Positions 52,874-62,616 of a DNA stretch of 64,000 bases are shown here, piece after piece (position 1 is the first letter of the stretch; every line of letters starts with the position of its first letter). The translations under genes and the position numbers were made by a program. The notes beneath the pieces are model-generated. The model searched no databases, was not told the origin of the DNA, and saw nothing but the letters and a program-made list of their open reading frames with translations. The stretch comes from Candidatus Bathyarchaeota archaeon (GTDB lineage: Archaea; Thermoproteota; Bathyarchaeia; TCS64): positions 640,001 through 704,000 of the forward strand of contig CAVYVF010000023.1 of the NCBI GenBank assembly GCA_963771885.1. The letters run 5' to 3'.

Positions 52874-52886
52874 GAAAGGTATAAAT
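52874..52886 (+). promoter_or_regulatory. BRE/TATA promoter of rps3ae
   Basis: GAAAGG-TATAAAT about 50 nt before the TTG start. Confidence 0.6.
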
Positions 52887-52934
52887 GAGCGCCGAGCAGT
52901 TGCATGGTGCTGAAAATAGGAGAGATTCGATAGA

Positions 52935-53564
52935 TTGTCTAAGGCCGTCAAGGACAAATGGCGTAGGAAGGAGTGGTACGACATCATCCTCCCACGCTAC
53001 TTCGGCGAGACCAAGGTTGGTGAGACACCCGCCGAGGAGGATAAACTCCTCAACGGCCGCGTCTTCGAGACTACGCTCGCCCAGATCACGGGAGACTTCA
53101 GCCAGGAGTACATCAAGATGTACTTCCAGATCACCGGCGCTGAGGACCACAAGGCTACCACCGTATTCAAGGGACACGAGTACTTACGCGACTACCTCCG
53201 CAGCCTCGTCCGCCGCAGGAGCACGAAGGTCGACGGGATATACAGGATCACGACGACTGACGGCTACAAGGTTAAGGTCATAGTCACCGCCCTTACACAG
53301 ATCAGGATCAAGTCGAGCCAGGAGCACGAGATACGCGCCCTCATGACAGGCATAATCGAGGAGAAGGCGAAGACCCTCACCTTCGACCAGCTCGCGCACG
53401 AGATGGTGCTAGGTAAGCTCGCCAGCGATATCTACAGCCAGGTGAAGAACGTGACGGCGCTCCGCCACGTAGGCGTCAGGAAGAGTGAACTCCTCTCTGA
53501 GCCAGTCGGTGGCCCAGTCACGGCGACCGTAGAGGTCGTCGCGGAACCAACCGAGACGGCTTAA
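52935..53564 (+). CDS. rps3ae: 30S ribosomal protein S3Ae
   Basis: KDKWRRKEWY, GRVFETTL..ITGD, DYLRSLVRR, VRKSE. Confidence 0.97.
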   Translation: MSKAVKDKWRRKEWYDIILPRYFGETKVGETPAEEDKLLNGRVFETTLAQITGDFSQEYIKMYFQITGAEDHKATTVFKGHEYLRDYLRSLVRRRSTKVDGIYRITTTDGYKVKVIVTALTQIRIKSSQEHEIRALMTGIIEEKAKTLTFDQLAHEMVLGKLASDIYSQVKNVTALRHVGVRKSELLSEPVGGPVTATVEVVAEPTETA

Positions 53565-53745
53565 ACTCATAATTGGGGCACATAGTCCCCCTATCATTTC
53601 TAGTAACTTACAAGGGGCTGAGTGCCTTTATTTCGTCATTTTTTGGGCTTCGTTCGCCGAAATAGCCTCTAGAACCCGCTGAATCGGTATCAAAAATGAA
53701 TATAAAGTGATAAAAAAGCACTGAAATGTACGTAAAAGAGAGGTT

Positions 53746-56661
53746 TTAGGCGACGTAGATCGCTGGGCGGTAGGGCTTGGCGCGGCTCGCCCTCTTCGCG
53801 GGGTCATCGATCCAGGGGTCGCTCTCGCCAGAGACTGTGACGTCGCAGCCGAACTCGGCGCGCAGGAACCTCTCGGCGTCCTGTAATAGGGTGGTCTCAT
53901 TTACATGTCCCATTCCACGGCGGATATTCAAGGTCTCCTCCGGGAGCTTCTTGACCTCGTCGAGGAGCGTCCTAGCGTAGGTGGGGACCTCCTTCTGTTT
54001 GGTCTTCATCTCCTCGTCCTTGAAGGCCTCGCGGATCATGGTGCCTATGTCTACGGCGCCCTTCGTCTGCGCCTCCATCGCTTTCTCGAGCATCTTCCAC
54101 TTCCAGTTGTCCGCGGTGTAGAAGTGGATTATCGTGGGCTTGATACCGGTGACTTTGGTGATGTTGGCGACGTCCTCGGCGCAGGTCTTAATGATGGTCT
54201 CTAGCTGCTCGGCGTCCTCCCTAATGAGTGCGCTGTCGACCTCGGGCCAGGGGGCGAAGGCGACGAAACCCTCGTTGCCCATCTGCTCCCATAACTCCTC
54301 GCAGAGGTGGGGCGTGAATGGTGCCAGCATCCTGACCTGGGCGTCCAGCACCGTCCACTCGACGTGGCTTATCGCCCTGCGCCGCTCCTCGTGGTCCCTG
54401 TCGAAGGCGACGCGTTTGAGGTACCAGTTCATGTCACCCTCTATGTCATATGTGGCGGCATGGATGGTCTTCCTGACCTTCAGCTCGGTCATCGCCTCGT
54501 TCGCGTCCGCGATGTGGCTCTGCAGCCTGCTCAGCATCCAGAGGTCTATCTCATGCAGCTCGTATGCGCCTTCCTGCTTCTCGCCTATTATCCTCTGGGC
54601 GCGGGAGTTGAGCCCCTCCAGTAGCCCGCTCATGCTCTTTGCTAAGTCAGGGCTGAAGTCGGCGTCCTTCAGCGGCTCGGCGGTGATCATTAGGCTGAGT
54701 CTCAATGGGTCGGCGCCGAAGCGGTCGATGGCGTTTACGAGGGGGATGATGTTGTTCATGCTCTTACTCATTTTCGCCCCCTCCATGAGTACGGAGCCGT
54801 TGACGAAGATGCCCTGTGGCCAGTTCTCCCTCCCCCAGATGGCGTCGTGGATGAAGATCATGAAGGTGAGGTGGTTGGGGATCAGGTCCCTGCCGCTGTG
54901 ACGGGCGTCTAGTGGGTAGAAGTAGCTGAACTCGTTGTGCAGTTCCTCTATCTTCTCCATTGGGATGCCTGTGGATGCCTCGACCTTGACTGGGGTGCCG
55001 ATTCCCAGGAAGACGTAGTCCCAGAAGGCTTCGCTCAGCTGCTCGGGCTTTGGCTTGATCTGATTTAGTCCCTTGATGATCGTGTAGTATGCCATGTAGA
55101 TGGTGGAGTCGCTCAGGGATTCGATGATCCAGTCAGGTGCCCATGGTAGGCGGGTTCCCATTCCGGCCTTGCGTGCGCATGCCTTCGCCTTGAGCCAGTC
55201 GACGACGTTGATGAACTCCTGCTTGAGCTCGCGGGGAACTATCTCCGCTTCATCGATGTTCTCCTTGGCGAGCTTCTTCCAGGCCTCGTCTCCGTAGTTG
55301 ATGAACCACTGGTTTTCGAATATCTTGACGACGACCTCGGTTCCGCATCTGCACTTGACTGGCTCGATCATCTCGTACATGGTGGCAGCGTTGTTGTTAG
55401 CGACCAGATCGTTCTTGACTGCCTCCTTCGCCGCCTGCACCGACAATCCGACGTATTGTTTTCCCATGCCTCTCATTTTGCCGGCGTGGAACTCGGCGCT
55501 GTAGATTTCCTTGGTGGCTTTTTCGAGGTCGGGGCTGTTCTGGTCGGTGATGTGCATCTTCTTTGCGATGTCGACGGCTGGTGACTCGCCGTAGCCGGGG
55601 AGCTCGATGACGCTGATGGGCTCGAGGCCGGCGACGTCGCCGTGCTTGATTGTGTAGGCGTCTGGGTTTGCCTTTACTTCGCGTTTTAGCTGTTCTAGTG
55701 CTACGTAGTCGAATGGGGCGTGTGCGGGGACGCTCATGACGACGCCTGTGGCGTTCTTCGGGTCGACGAAGGGGGCGGGGAGGATCATGATCTCCTTGCC
55801 AGTTCCGGGGTTGGTGAGTGTTTGCCCTATTAGCCGGGCACCCTGAAACTCGGTGACGACTTGTACCTTGTGCCCCAGCATCTCAAGCTTCTTCGCTGCC
55901 TCGGCGCTGACGATCCACGTCTCACCGTCGACGTCGGCCTCGACGTATAGGGCGTCGGGGTTTAGCCACATATTGGTGACGCCGTAGACGGTCTCGGGGC
56001 GGAGGGTGGCGGCTGGGAAGACGGTGTCGCCATTCCTGAACTTGATGAGTGTAAACTCCTCTATCTCGGGCTCCTTGTCACCGATGGTGTCGTGTTGGCC
56101 GACGGGGTTGCCGCAGTGTGGGCACCAGCCGACTGGGTGGCTTCCCTGTGTGATGTAGCCCTTCTGGCGGAGCTTGGCGAACTGCCACTCGATGAACTTG
56201 CTATAGTATGGGTCGACTGTGGTGAATGTTCTGCGCCAGTCGATGCTGTAGCCGATCTTCTTCATGCCTGTCTGGATCTCGTTTGCGAAGTAGTCGGCCA
56301 TGGCGGTGGGGGTTTCGAGCTGCTTGAGTTTGCGCTTGGGGATATTGTATAGCTTGGTGAATGTCTCGATTAGGGCTGGGTCCTGCTCTTTGAGGCGCTC
56401 GACCATGGCGAATAGGGGTGTGCCTGTGTAGTGCCAGGCCATTGGGTATAGGACATTGTATCCCCTCATGCGCATGTGGCGGGCGTGTACGTCAGTTAGG
56501 GTGTAGGTGCGTCCGTGCCCTATGTGTTGAGGGCTGTTGGGGTATGGGTAGGCGACGGTGAGGTAGTACTTTGGCTTGTCTGGGTCTGGGTCCGTCTCGA
56601 ATGCTGAGGCTTCCGCCCAGCGTGTCTGCCACTTGTTCTCGATTTGTTTCCAGTCGACCAT
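53746..56661 (-). CDS. leuS: leucyl-tRNA synthetase (archaeal type)
   Basis: AYPYPN..HIGH, CP1 TLRPET and GVVMSVPAHAPFDY, KMSKS, C-terminal PYRPAIY. Confidence 0.97.
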   Translation of the reverse strand: MVDWKQIENKWQTRWAEASAFETDPDPDKPKYYLTVAYPYPNSPQHIGHGRTYTLTDVHARHMRMRGYNVLYPMAWHYTGTPLFAMVERLKEQDPALIETFTKLYNIPKRKLKQLETPTAMADYFANEIQTGMKKIGYSIDWRRTFTTVDPYYSKFIEWQFAKLRQKGYITQGSHPVGWCPHCGNPVGQHDTIGDKEPEIEEFTLIKFRNGDTVFPAATLRPETVYGVTNMWLNPDALYVEADVDGETWIVSAEAAKKLEMLGHKVQVVTEFQGARLIGQTLTNPGTGKEIMILPAPFVDPKNATGVVMSVPAHAPFDYVALEQLKREVKANPDAYTIKHGDVAGLEPISVIELPGYGESPAVDIAKKMHITDQNSPDLEKATKEIYSAEFHAGKMRGMGKQYVGLSVQAAKEAVKNDLVANNNAATMYEMIEPVKCRCGTEVVVKIFENQWFINYGDEAWKKLAKENIDEAEIVPRELKQEFINVVDWLKAKACARKAGMGTRLPWAPDWIIESLSDSTIYMAYYTIIKGLNQIKPKPEQLSEAFWDYVFLGIGTPVKVEASTGIPMEKIEELHNEFSYFYPLDARHSGRDLIPNHLTFMIFIHDAIWGRENWPQGIFVNGSVLMEGAKMSKSMNNIIPLVNAIDRFGADPLRLSLMITAEPLKDADFSPDLAKSMSGLLEGLNSRAQRIIGEKQEGAYELHEIDLWMLSRLQSHIADANEAMTELKVRKTIHAATYDIEGDMNWYLKRVAFDRDHEERRRAISHVEWTVLDAQVRMLAPFTPHLCEELWEQMGNEGFVAFAPWPEVDSALIREDAEQLETIIKTCAEDVANITKVTGIKPTIIHFYTADNWKWKMLEKAMEAQTKGAVDIGTMIREAFKDEEMKTKQKEVPTYARTLLDEVKKLPEETLNIRRGMGHVNETTLLQDAERFLRAEFGCDVTVSGESDPWIDDPAKRASRAKPYRPAIYVA

Positions 56662-56740
56662 TCGGTGTAGCCTCTGTCCTTATGTTCTCCTTGGCGGCTT
56701 TGTGGTTAAAGGTTATGAGCAAAAAAACTTGCGGAAAGTG

Positions 56741-57008
56741 TTAAACTATTTTTCTCCGTTGATCGCCAACGTCCTCATCATCTACTTCGGGCATCCTGTT
56801 CACGAATATCGCGTCGCGGTCGCCGAGACCACGTTTAAGTTCGTGGCCAGAACTTGCACGAGGCGAAGGAGATCCCGGAGAAGTCGATCACTATCCTTTC
56901 ACTGCACTTTTTGGGCACTTTTTCCAGTGTTGTCCTCGCTGTACTTCTATGACGGAGGGTATACGTTTGGAAAACCTCGTACAGCTTGATCTCTATAACC
57001 CTCGCTAT
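56741..57008 (-). pseudogene. STAS-like (DUF4325-like) small protein, frame-broken, no ATG/GTG/TTG start
   Basis: IARVIEIKLYEVF..TLRHRSTAR...IVIDFSGISFAS..F, then HELKRGL...IFVNRMPEV in the next frame. Confidence 0.6.
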
Positions 57009-57066
57009 ACTATCCCCGTGTTTCGTATTTTAGAACGCTTCAAGATGAAGCATTAAAACGATTCTG

Positions 57067-58962
57067 TTACTCGACAACGGCTCTAATCCTTCGGATTCCG
57101 GCGGCGACCGCCTCTTCCTTTGTTATCTCAATCCTGCCGATCTTGCCTGTGCGGTCGATGTGTGGGCCTCCGCAGAACTCCTTGCTAATAGCTTCCTTGA
57201 TGTTTAAGCCCACATAGTAAACCTTGACGACGTCACCATACTTAGCCTTGAAGAAGGATAAGGCGCCGCTCTTCTCCGCCTCAATCCGAGGCATCTCCTC
57301 GCACTCCACTTTTAGGTCCTGCCTAACGATGTCATTGGCGATCTCTTCGACCCTCCTGATCTCCTCGTCGGTGAGCTTGCGGGGATAGGAGAAGTCGAAG
57401 CGGAGCCTCTCGGTGGTTATATCCGAGCCGGACTGCTTGACCTCGTCTCCGAGGACCTGGCGCAGAGCCGCGTGAAGGATATGAGTCGCTGTGTGCAGGC
57501 GTATCACCCTGTCCATCTCGGCCTGATCCTTTGCTTTCAGCTCCCCCGTGTCGAGAATGAGCCCGTGACCCCCGAACTTCTTCTCAGCTCCGGCGCGACT
57601 CGCTTGCCTGTGAGCCTCCAGCTTCTGCTCGAATGCCTCCCGTGTGAGGGACGCTGTCTTGGCGCCACCGAACTCCTTTATCACCTCGTAGGGAAGCCCG
57701 AAGCTCTCGTAGAGGGTGAAGGCGGTGTCCGTGTCGATGGCCTCGAGGCGCTCGAGGCGGCGCATGCCGTTCACGAAGGTCTTGTTGAACTTGTCTGACT
57801 CAGCGCGGAAGACCGTCAGTATACGTTCCCTGTTCAGTACGTAGGTACCGTCGTACTCGTCGCAGACGACGCCGAAGAGCTTCTCGAGCGTGTCACAGTA
57901 CACGGTGCCGAGGTCGCATGTCGGGTCGACACCCCTCGCCAGCATCCCGGCGTGGACGATGGACCTTCTCAGAACTTTTCGGAGCATGTAGCCCCTGTCT
58001 TTGTTCGAGGGCTCGACGCCGTCGGTGATGAGGAACGCCGCGGCGCGGAGATGATCTGCAATTATCCTCTTCGAGCGCATATCTGAGCCGGGTAGCCCGT
58101 CGATGAGCGCCTTCAGTGTATCGATCTGGAACATATCAGCGTTCCCCGTGACCGCCGCGCTTATCCTCTCAAGCCCACCGCCGAAGTCGACGTTCCTCTG
58201 AGGTAGCTTCTCGAAGCGCCCATCCTCAGTCTTTGTGTACTCCATGAAGACGGAGTTGCCTATCTCCATGAAGCGCCCGCAATCGCAGTTCGGGTGGCAG
58301 TGTGGCCCATACTTGGGGTCGTGGGGGGTACCGAAGTCGTAGAATATCTCCGAGTCGGGGCCACCCGGCTCCCTCGCCGGCATCTTCTCCGGGGGACCCG
58401 CCCTGCTCCACCAGTTCTTCTTCGAGCTGTAGGCGAATATCCTGCCGCCCTGCATACCGACCTCGTTTCCCCTATTCGGGTCGCCGATGAGGACCGCCTT
58501 CGAGTCGACGCCAGCCTTCGAAAAGATGGATTTCCATATTTGGACGGACTCTTCGTCCTTCGGAATGCCGTACTTCTCCTCCCCCGCGAAGACCGAGACG
58601 TAGAGCCGTGACGGGTTAACCCCCAGCTCCTTCACGAGGAACTCGAAGACCCAGGGCAGCTGCTCCGCCTTGAAGTAGTCGCCCAGCGACCAGTTCCCCA
58701 GCATCTCGAAGAAGGTCGTATGTCTGTTGTCCCCCACCTCGTCGATATCCTCCGACCTGAAGCACTTCTGCGAGTCCACGATACGCGTCCCACTTGGATG
58801 TGGCTCCCCGAGCAGGTACTTGATGAGAGGCTGCATACCAGAGCCGGTGAAGAGTGTCGTTACATCCCCCTCGGGCAGGAGGGAGGCTGACGGGACCACC
58901 GCGTGCCCTCGCTGTCTGTAGTATTCGAGGAACTTGCTGCGAATCTCGTCGGAGGTGAGCAT
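57067..58962 (-). CDS. alaS: alanyl-tRNA synthetase, short bacterial-type (631 aa, no C-Ala domain)
   Basis: TSDEIRSKFL..Y...GH, LFTGSGMQP, QKCFR, HTTFFEMLGNWS, DFGGGLER, IADH; editing motifs HTATH and CGGPH; ends GIRRIRAV. Confidence 0.95.
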   Translation of the reverse strand: MLTSDEIRSKFLEYYRQRGHAVVPSASLLPEGDVTTLFTGSGMQPLIKYLLGEPHPSGTRIVDSQKCFRSEDIDEVGDNRHTTFFEMLGNWSLGDYFKAEQLPWVFEFLVKELGVNPSRLYVSVFAGEEKYGIPKDEESVQIWKSIFSKAGVDSKAVLIGDPNRGNEVGMQGGRIFAYSSKKNWWSRAGPPEKMPAREPGGPDSEIFYDFGTPHDPKYGPHCHPNCDCGRFMEIGNSVFMEYTKTEDGRFEKLPQRNVDFGGGLERISAAVTGNADMFQIDTLKALIDGLPGSDMRSKRIIADHLRAAAFLITDGVEPSNKDRGYMLRKVLRRSIVHAGMLARGVDPTCDLGTVYCDTLEKLFGVVCDEYDGTYVLNRERILTVFRAESDKFNKTFVNGMRRLERLEAIDTDTAFTLYESFGLPYEVIKEFGGAKTASLTREAFEQKLEAHRQASRAGAEKKFGGHGLILDTGELKAKDQAEMDRVIRLHTATHILHAALRQVLGDEVKQSGSDITTERLRFDFSYPRKLTDEEIRRVEEIANDIVRQDLKVECEEMPRIEAEKSGALSFFKAKYGDVVKVYYVGLNIKEAISKEFCGGPHIDRTGKIGRIEITKEEAVAAGIRRIRAVVE

Positions 58963-59097
58963 TACATGTGAATGGACTGGGCTCACCTCAAAAACCTTTT
59001 TTGAAATTAACAACGGTCACCGCCAGATGCGGCTAGGCTGGCTGCGCGTAGAATAACGAAACTAGAAACTGAATATGGAATGAATAAGGTTGTGAGG

Positions 59098-59400
59098 TTA
59101 ACCGAAGAGGGCGCCCAGACCTTGGAGGTCCTCTTCCTTCTTTTCCTCAACCTTCGGCTTAGCGGCTGCCTTCTTCTCTTCCTTCGCTTCAGCTGGCGCG
59201 GCGGCTGGGGCTGCGGCGGCGGCGAAGACCGGCGCCTTCAACGCCTCGTCGATGTTGACCTCCGCGAGGGCTGCGACGAGTGCCTTGACGCGTACACCGT
59301 CGGCGGCTACACCGGCGGCTGCGAGTATGGCGGTGACCGCCTCCTCTGTGATGGGCTTCTTAGCGCTGTGGAGAAGCATAGCGGCGTACATGTACTCCAT
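59098..59400 (-). CDS. rpl12: 50S ribosomal stalk protein P1 (L12p)
   Basis: [11 protein letters not shown], Ala-rich hinge, acidic tail ending GLGALFG. Confidence 0.97.
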   Translation of the reverse strand: MEYMYAAMLLHSAKKPITEEAVTAILAAAGVAADGVRVKALVAALAEVNIDEALKAPVFAAAAAPAAAPAEAKEEKKAAAKPKVEEKKEEDLQGLGALFG

Positions 59401-59518
59401 TTTAATACACCTATTCCTTGAACTGCTATGAAAGGAACAATATATCCTGCATTTAATCTTTCCTATCTCCGCTGTGGCAACCGTTAAAGCGGGACAGGTG
59501 CCAGTAGAACCGATTGTA

Positions 59519-60448
59519 ATGGTCACTAGGATACCAAAGGTGCCCTTCGATAGGCTTACCCCCTCGGGCACGTCGACCCTCAGCCCCTTCAACAAGTCCA
59601 TCGCAAGGGTCAAGCCCGGCGACGAGGTCGAGATAGAGACCTGGGACGCCTTTGGCGGCTGCATAACCGAGACGCAAACCCGCCAGCAGGCGTTGGAGAA
59701 GGGCGTCAAGGTCCCCGTCAACCCCATAACCGGCCCTGTCTACGTCGAGGGCGCCGAGCCCGGCGACACACTCACAGTCGAGATACTAGGCATAGAGCTC
59801 CCCGACAGCGGCACCACAACAATCAGCCCCGGCTTCGGCAGCCTCGAGGGCTGGCTAAACCTAATGGCGCCACGTACCAAGATCAGCAAGATCAAAGCCG
59901 GTAAGGTCCTCTACAAGACCGACTCGGGAAAGGTCGTCGAGGTGCCCGCCGACCCGTTCATCGGCACCATCGGCAACTCACCCGTTTACGAGGCGATAAA
60001 CACACTCACTCCTGGCCCCCACGGCGGCAACATGGACTGCCCAGACATACGCCCCGGCAACACACTCCACCTCCCAGTCAACCAGCCCGGAGCCCTCTTC
60101 GGCCTCGGAGACGTCCACGCAGTACAAGGAGACGGCGAGGTCGGAGGCTCAGCAATAGAGGTCCCTGCCGTCGTAAAGCTCCGCTTCGGCATCAAGAAAG
60201 GTTACGCCATCGCTTGGCCCCGCGTAGAGTCAAGCGATGAGATAATGACCGTCTGCAGCGCCAAGCCCCTTGAGGACGCCGCCCGCCTCGCCTACCGCGA
60301 ACTCGTAAACTGGATGGTTAGAGACTACGGCTGGAACCGCGACGACGCCTACATGTTCCTCAGCATCGCCGCCAAGTCGAGGATAGCACAAATAGTCGAC
60401 CCACTATACACAGTCGTAGCGAAGCTACCGAAGAAGTACCTCAGGTGA
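59519..60448 (+). CDS. acetamidase/formamidase family protein
   Basis: [44 protein letters not shown]. Confidence 0.93.
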   Translation: MVTRIPKVPFDRLTPSGTSTLSPFNKSIARVKPGDEVEIETWDAFGGCITETQTRQQALEKGVKVPVNPITGPVYVEGAEPGDTLTVEILGIELPDSGTTTISPGFGSLEGWLNLMAPRTKISKIKAGKVLYKTDSGKVVEVPADPFIGTIGNSPVYEAINTLTPGPHGGNMDCPDIRPGNTLHLPVNQPGALFGLGDVHAVQGDGEVGGSAIEVPAVVKLRFGIKKGYAIAWPRVESSDEIMTVCSAKPLEDAARLAYRELVNWMVRDYGWNRDDAYMFLSIAAKSRIAQIVDPLYTVVAKLPKKYLR

Positions 60449-60453
60449 CCACC

Positions 60454-60750
60454 ATGGACGAGAAGTGCCCCAAGTGCGGCGGAGAGATGAAGCCCGGCGA
60501 AATTCGATTTGACAGCGACACCGTCATGCCAAGCCAGATGAACTCATACATGACGGGCATCCCCAGCAGCCCCCTCCCGAACGTCTACCAGAGCAGCACG
60601 AGCCGCCCCTACTGGGAGGAGAAGACGGGGAGAAAGACCGGTTTCATAATCAAGAGCGACGAGAAGCTCCGTCTTAAGGTGAGCGGCCTCCGCTGCGCCT
60701 TATGCGGCTACGTAGAGCTATACGCGACCGAGAAGCGCGACGAGGACTAG
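60454..60750 (+). CDS. small zinc-ribbon protein (CPKCG...CALCGYVELYA)
   Basis: Terminal CxxC pairs separated by a low-complexity linker. Confidence 0.8.
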   Translation: MDEKCPKCGGEMKPGEIRFDSDTVMPSQMNSYMTGIPSSPLPNVYQSSTSRPYWEEKTGRKTGFIIKSDEKLRLKVSGLRCALCGYVELYATEKRDED

Positions 60751-61043
60751 CCCCGCCCCGAGGACGCGACGCGAAGCTCCTCCCAGTCCTCCGAATTCTC
60801 GAGCCCCGATCCAACGCTCGTGATCAACTCGGGGTACATGTAGAGGTTGTCCTCCGGCCCGATCAGCGCTAGCTTCTGCCCCCAATCCTGAGCGAGGCAG
60901 CCGATGTTGATTTCCCCGACCTTCAGCTTGTCGGTCGCCCCCTCCATCAAGTCGAACATCGAATAGAACAACTCCACGAGCTTCCTCATGATAGACTTGT
61001 GCAGCCTCTACCCCTAGGGGAAGGTTTTGACCTTCTTCGACAT
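60747..61043 (-). pseudogene. hypothetical protein, probably decayed (two in-frame TAG codons upstream of ATG 60989)
   Basis: MSKKVKTFP*G*RLHKSIMRKLVELFYSMF...; host-like codons on both sides of the stops. Confidence 0.45.
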
Positions 61044-61224
61044 GAGCCCCAACTCTACGAGGAGCAGGTGGACTCATCCACCGACCCCCACGATGCAACG
61101 CGTCGCCTCGGCTAAACCTTTAAATTTGGAGGGCGTGGTTAACAGTTGCTAAAAAGCGGGAAAGGCACACACATATATGCCCGACCCGCACCGATAGAGT
61201 AGCATCTGGGAAAAGGGAAAAGCG

Positions 61225-61684
61225 ATGACCACCGCCTACGACGTGCCGGCAGACGTGCTCATAGGAAAACTGAGCGCCTACATCAAGGAGAATATTAAAG
61301 AAATCACCCCGCCGGAGTGGGTAGCCCACGTGAAGACGGGGGCACACGTCGAGAGGGTGCCGCAGGTGCCCGACTTCTGGTACGTCAGGACCGCAAGCCT
61401 CCTCCGAAAACTCTACATGAATGGCGAAGCCATAGGCGTGCAGAGGCTCAGGAAGGAGTACGGCGGACGCAAGAGGGTCGGCGACCACCCAGCACACCAC
61501 GCCAAAGCGGGCGGTTCGATCATACGCGCCAGCCTACAGCAGCTGGAGAAGGCGGGCCTCGTCGATAAGGTCGATAAAAGCGGCCGAGTCGTCAGCAAGA
61601 AGGGGCGCAGCCTTATCGATGCCATGAGCACCCAGATAAAGAAGGACCTGGACAGAGTGAATCCAGAATCTAAAGGCATACTAG
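61225..61684 (+). CDS. rps19e: 30S ribosomal protein S19e (+1 frame break near 61669)
   Basis: PPEWV.HVKTG...ER.P, WYVR.AS.LRK, YGG, LQQLEKAG; removing one base gives VNPELKAY* ending at 61684. Confidence 0.96.
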
Positions 61685-61696
61685 GCGGAGACCGCC

Positions 61697-62041
61697 ATGT
61701 CGAGGGACGAGGAGCTCGAAAGGCTCAAGGCTCAGCGGATGGCCGAACTTCAGGCACGCCAGCAGCAAGGCGCTGATCAGCAGCGCGCAGCCGCGGCGGC
61801 CGATGCGGAGGCTCAGAAGCAGGCCCTGATGCGCAGGCTTCTCACGCCCGAGGCGCGGCAGAGGCTCGCCAATATCAAGATGGTCCGGCCGGAGTTCGGG
61901 CAGCAACTCGAGCTCGAACTGGTCCAGCTCGCCCAGGCGGGCAGGGTGCCCCTCCCCATAACGGATGAGCAGCTGAAGAAGCTCCTCATCCAGATAGAGG
62001 GGCAGCAGAAGAAGAGGGACATAAGCATAAGGAGAGTATAA
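61697..62041 (+). CDS. PDCD5-like DNA-binding protein
   Basis: [33 protein letters not shown]. Confidence 0.95.
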   Translation: MSRDEELERLKAQRMAELQARQQQGADQQRAAAAADAEAQKQALMRRLLTPEARQRLANIKMVRPEFGQQLELELVQLAQAGRVPLPITDEQLKKLLIQIEGQQKKRDISIRRV

Positions 62042-62043
62042 CG

Positions 62044-62202
62044 ATGGCAAGAAACAAGCCGCTCGCGTACAAGCTCCGCCTCATAAAGGCGGGCAAGTCC
62101 AACAGGTCGGTTCCCGCGTGGATAATAGCTAAGACCAACGGCACAGTACGCTGGAGCCCAAAGAGCGTGCGCGCATGGCGCACCAGGAAACTCAAGGACT
62201 GA
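62044..62202 (+). CDS. rpl39e: 50S ribosomal protein L39e (not in ORF track)
   Basis: [13 protein letters not shown]...[12 protein letters not shown]...R.WR.RKLK. Confidence 0.95.
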   Translation: MARNKPLAYKLRLIKAGKSNRSVPAWIIAKTNGTVRWSPKSVRAWRTRKLKD

Positions 62203-62208
62203 TGAACG

Positions 62209-62616
62209 ATGTCTGAGACTGAGCGCATATACACGGTCCCTCTCAAGGAGGCCTGGAATGCCCAGCGCTACAGGCGAAGCGAGAAGGCCATGATGGTCCT
62301 CAAGGCGTTCGCCGTCCGCCACATGAAGGCGGGCACCGTAAAGGTCGACGCAGCCGTAAACGCCGCCGTCTGGGCCAGGGGCATAAAGAGTCCACCTCAC
62401 AAGATCAGGGTCAAGATGACGAAGGACGATGAAGGCCTCGTCACTATCACCATGGCCGACATCGACCCTAAGGCCGAGGCCAGAAAAGCCCGCGCCGAGG
62501 CGAAGGCCGCGAAGAAGGAGAAGAAGCCGAAGGAGGCACCAGCGGCGGAGGCAAAGCCAACGGTGGCGGAGCCCAAGGCCGAGGAGCCTGCGGTTGAGGA
62601 GGAGAAGAAGGAATGA
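62209..62616 (+). CDS. rpl31e: 50S ribosomal protein L31e with Ala/Lys/Glu-rich tail
   Basis: ERIYTVPL, F..RHMK, VN..VWARGI.SPP.KIRV. Confidence 0.96.
   Translation: MSETERIYTVPLKEAWNAQRYRRSEKAMMVLKAFAVRHMKAGTVKVDAAVNAAVWARGIKSPPHKIRVKMTKDDEGLVTITMADIDPKAEARKARAEAKAAKKEKKPKEAPAAEAKPTVAEPKAEEPAVEEEKKE

Noticed and set aside
61225..61776. Extended 183-aa S19e in the ORF track
   Set aside because: It results from a +1 break near 61669. The corrected gene stops at 61684, before PDCD5.
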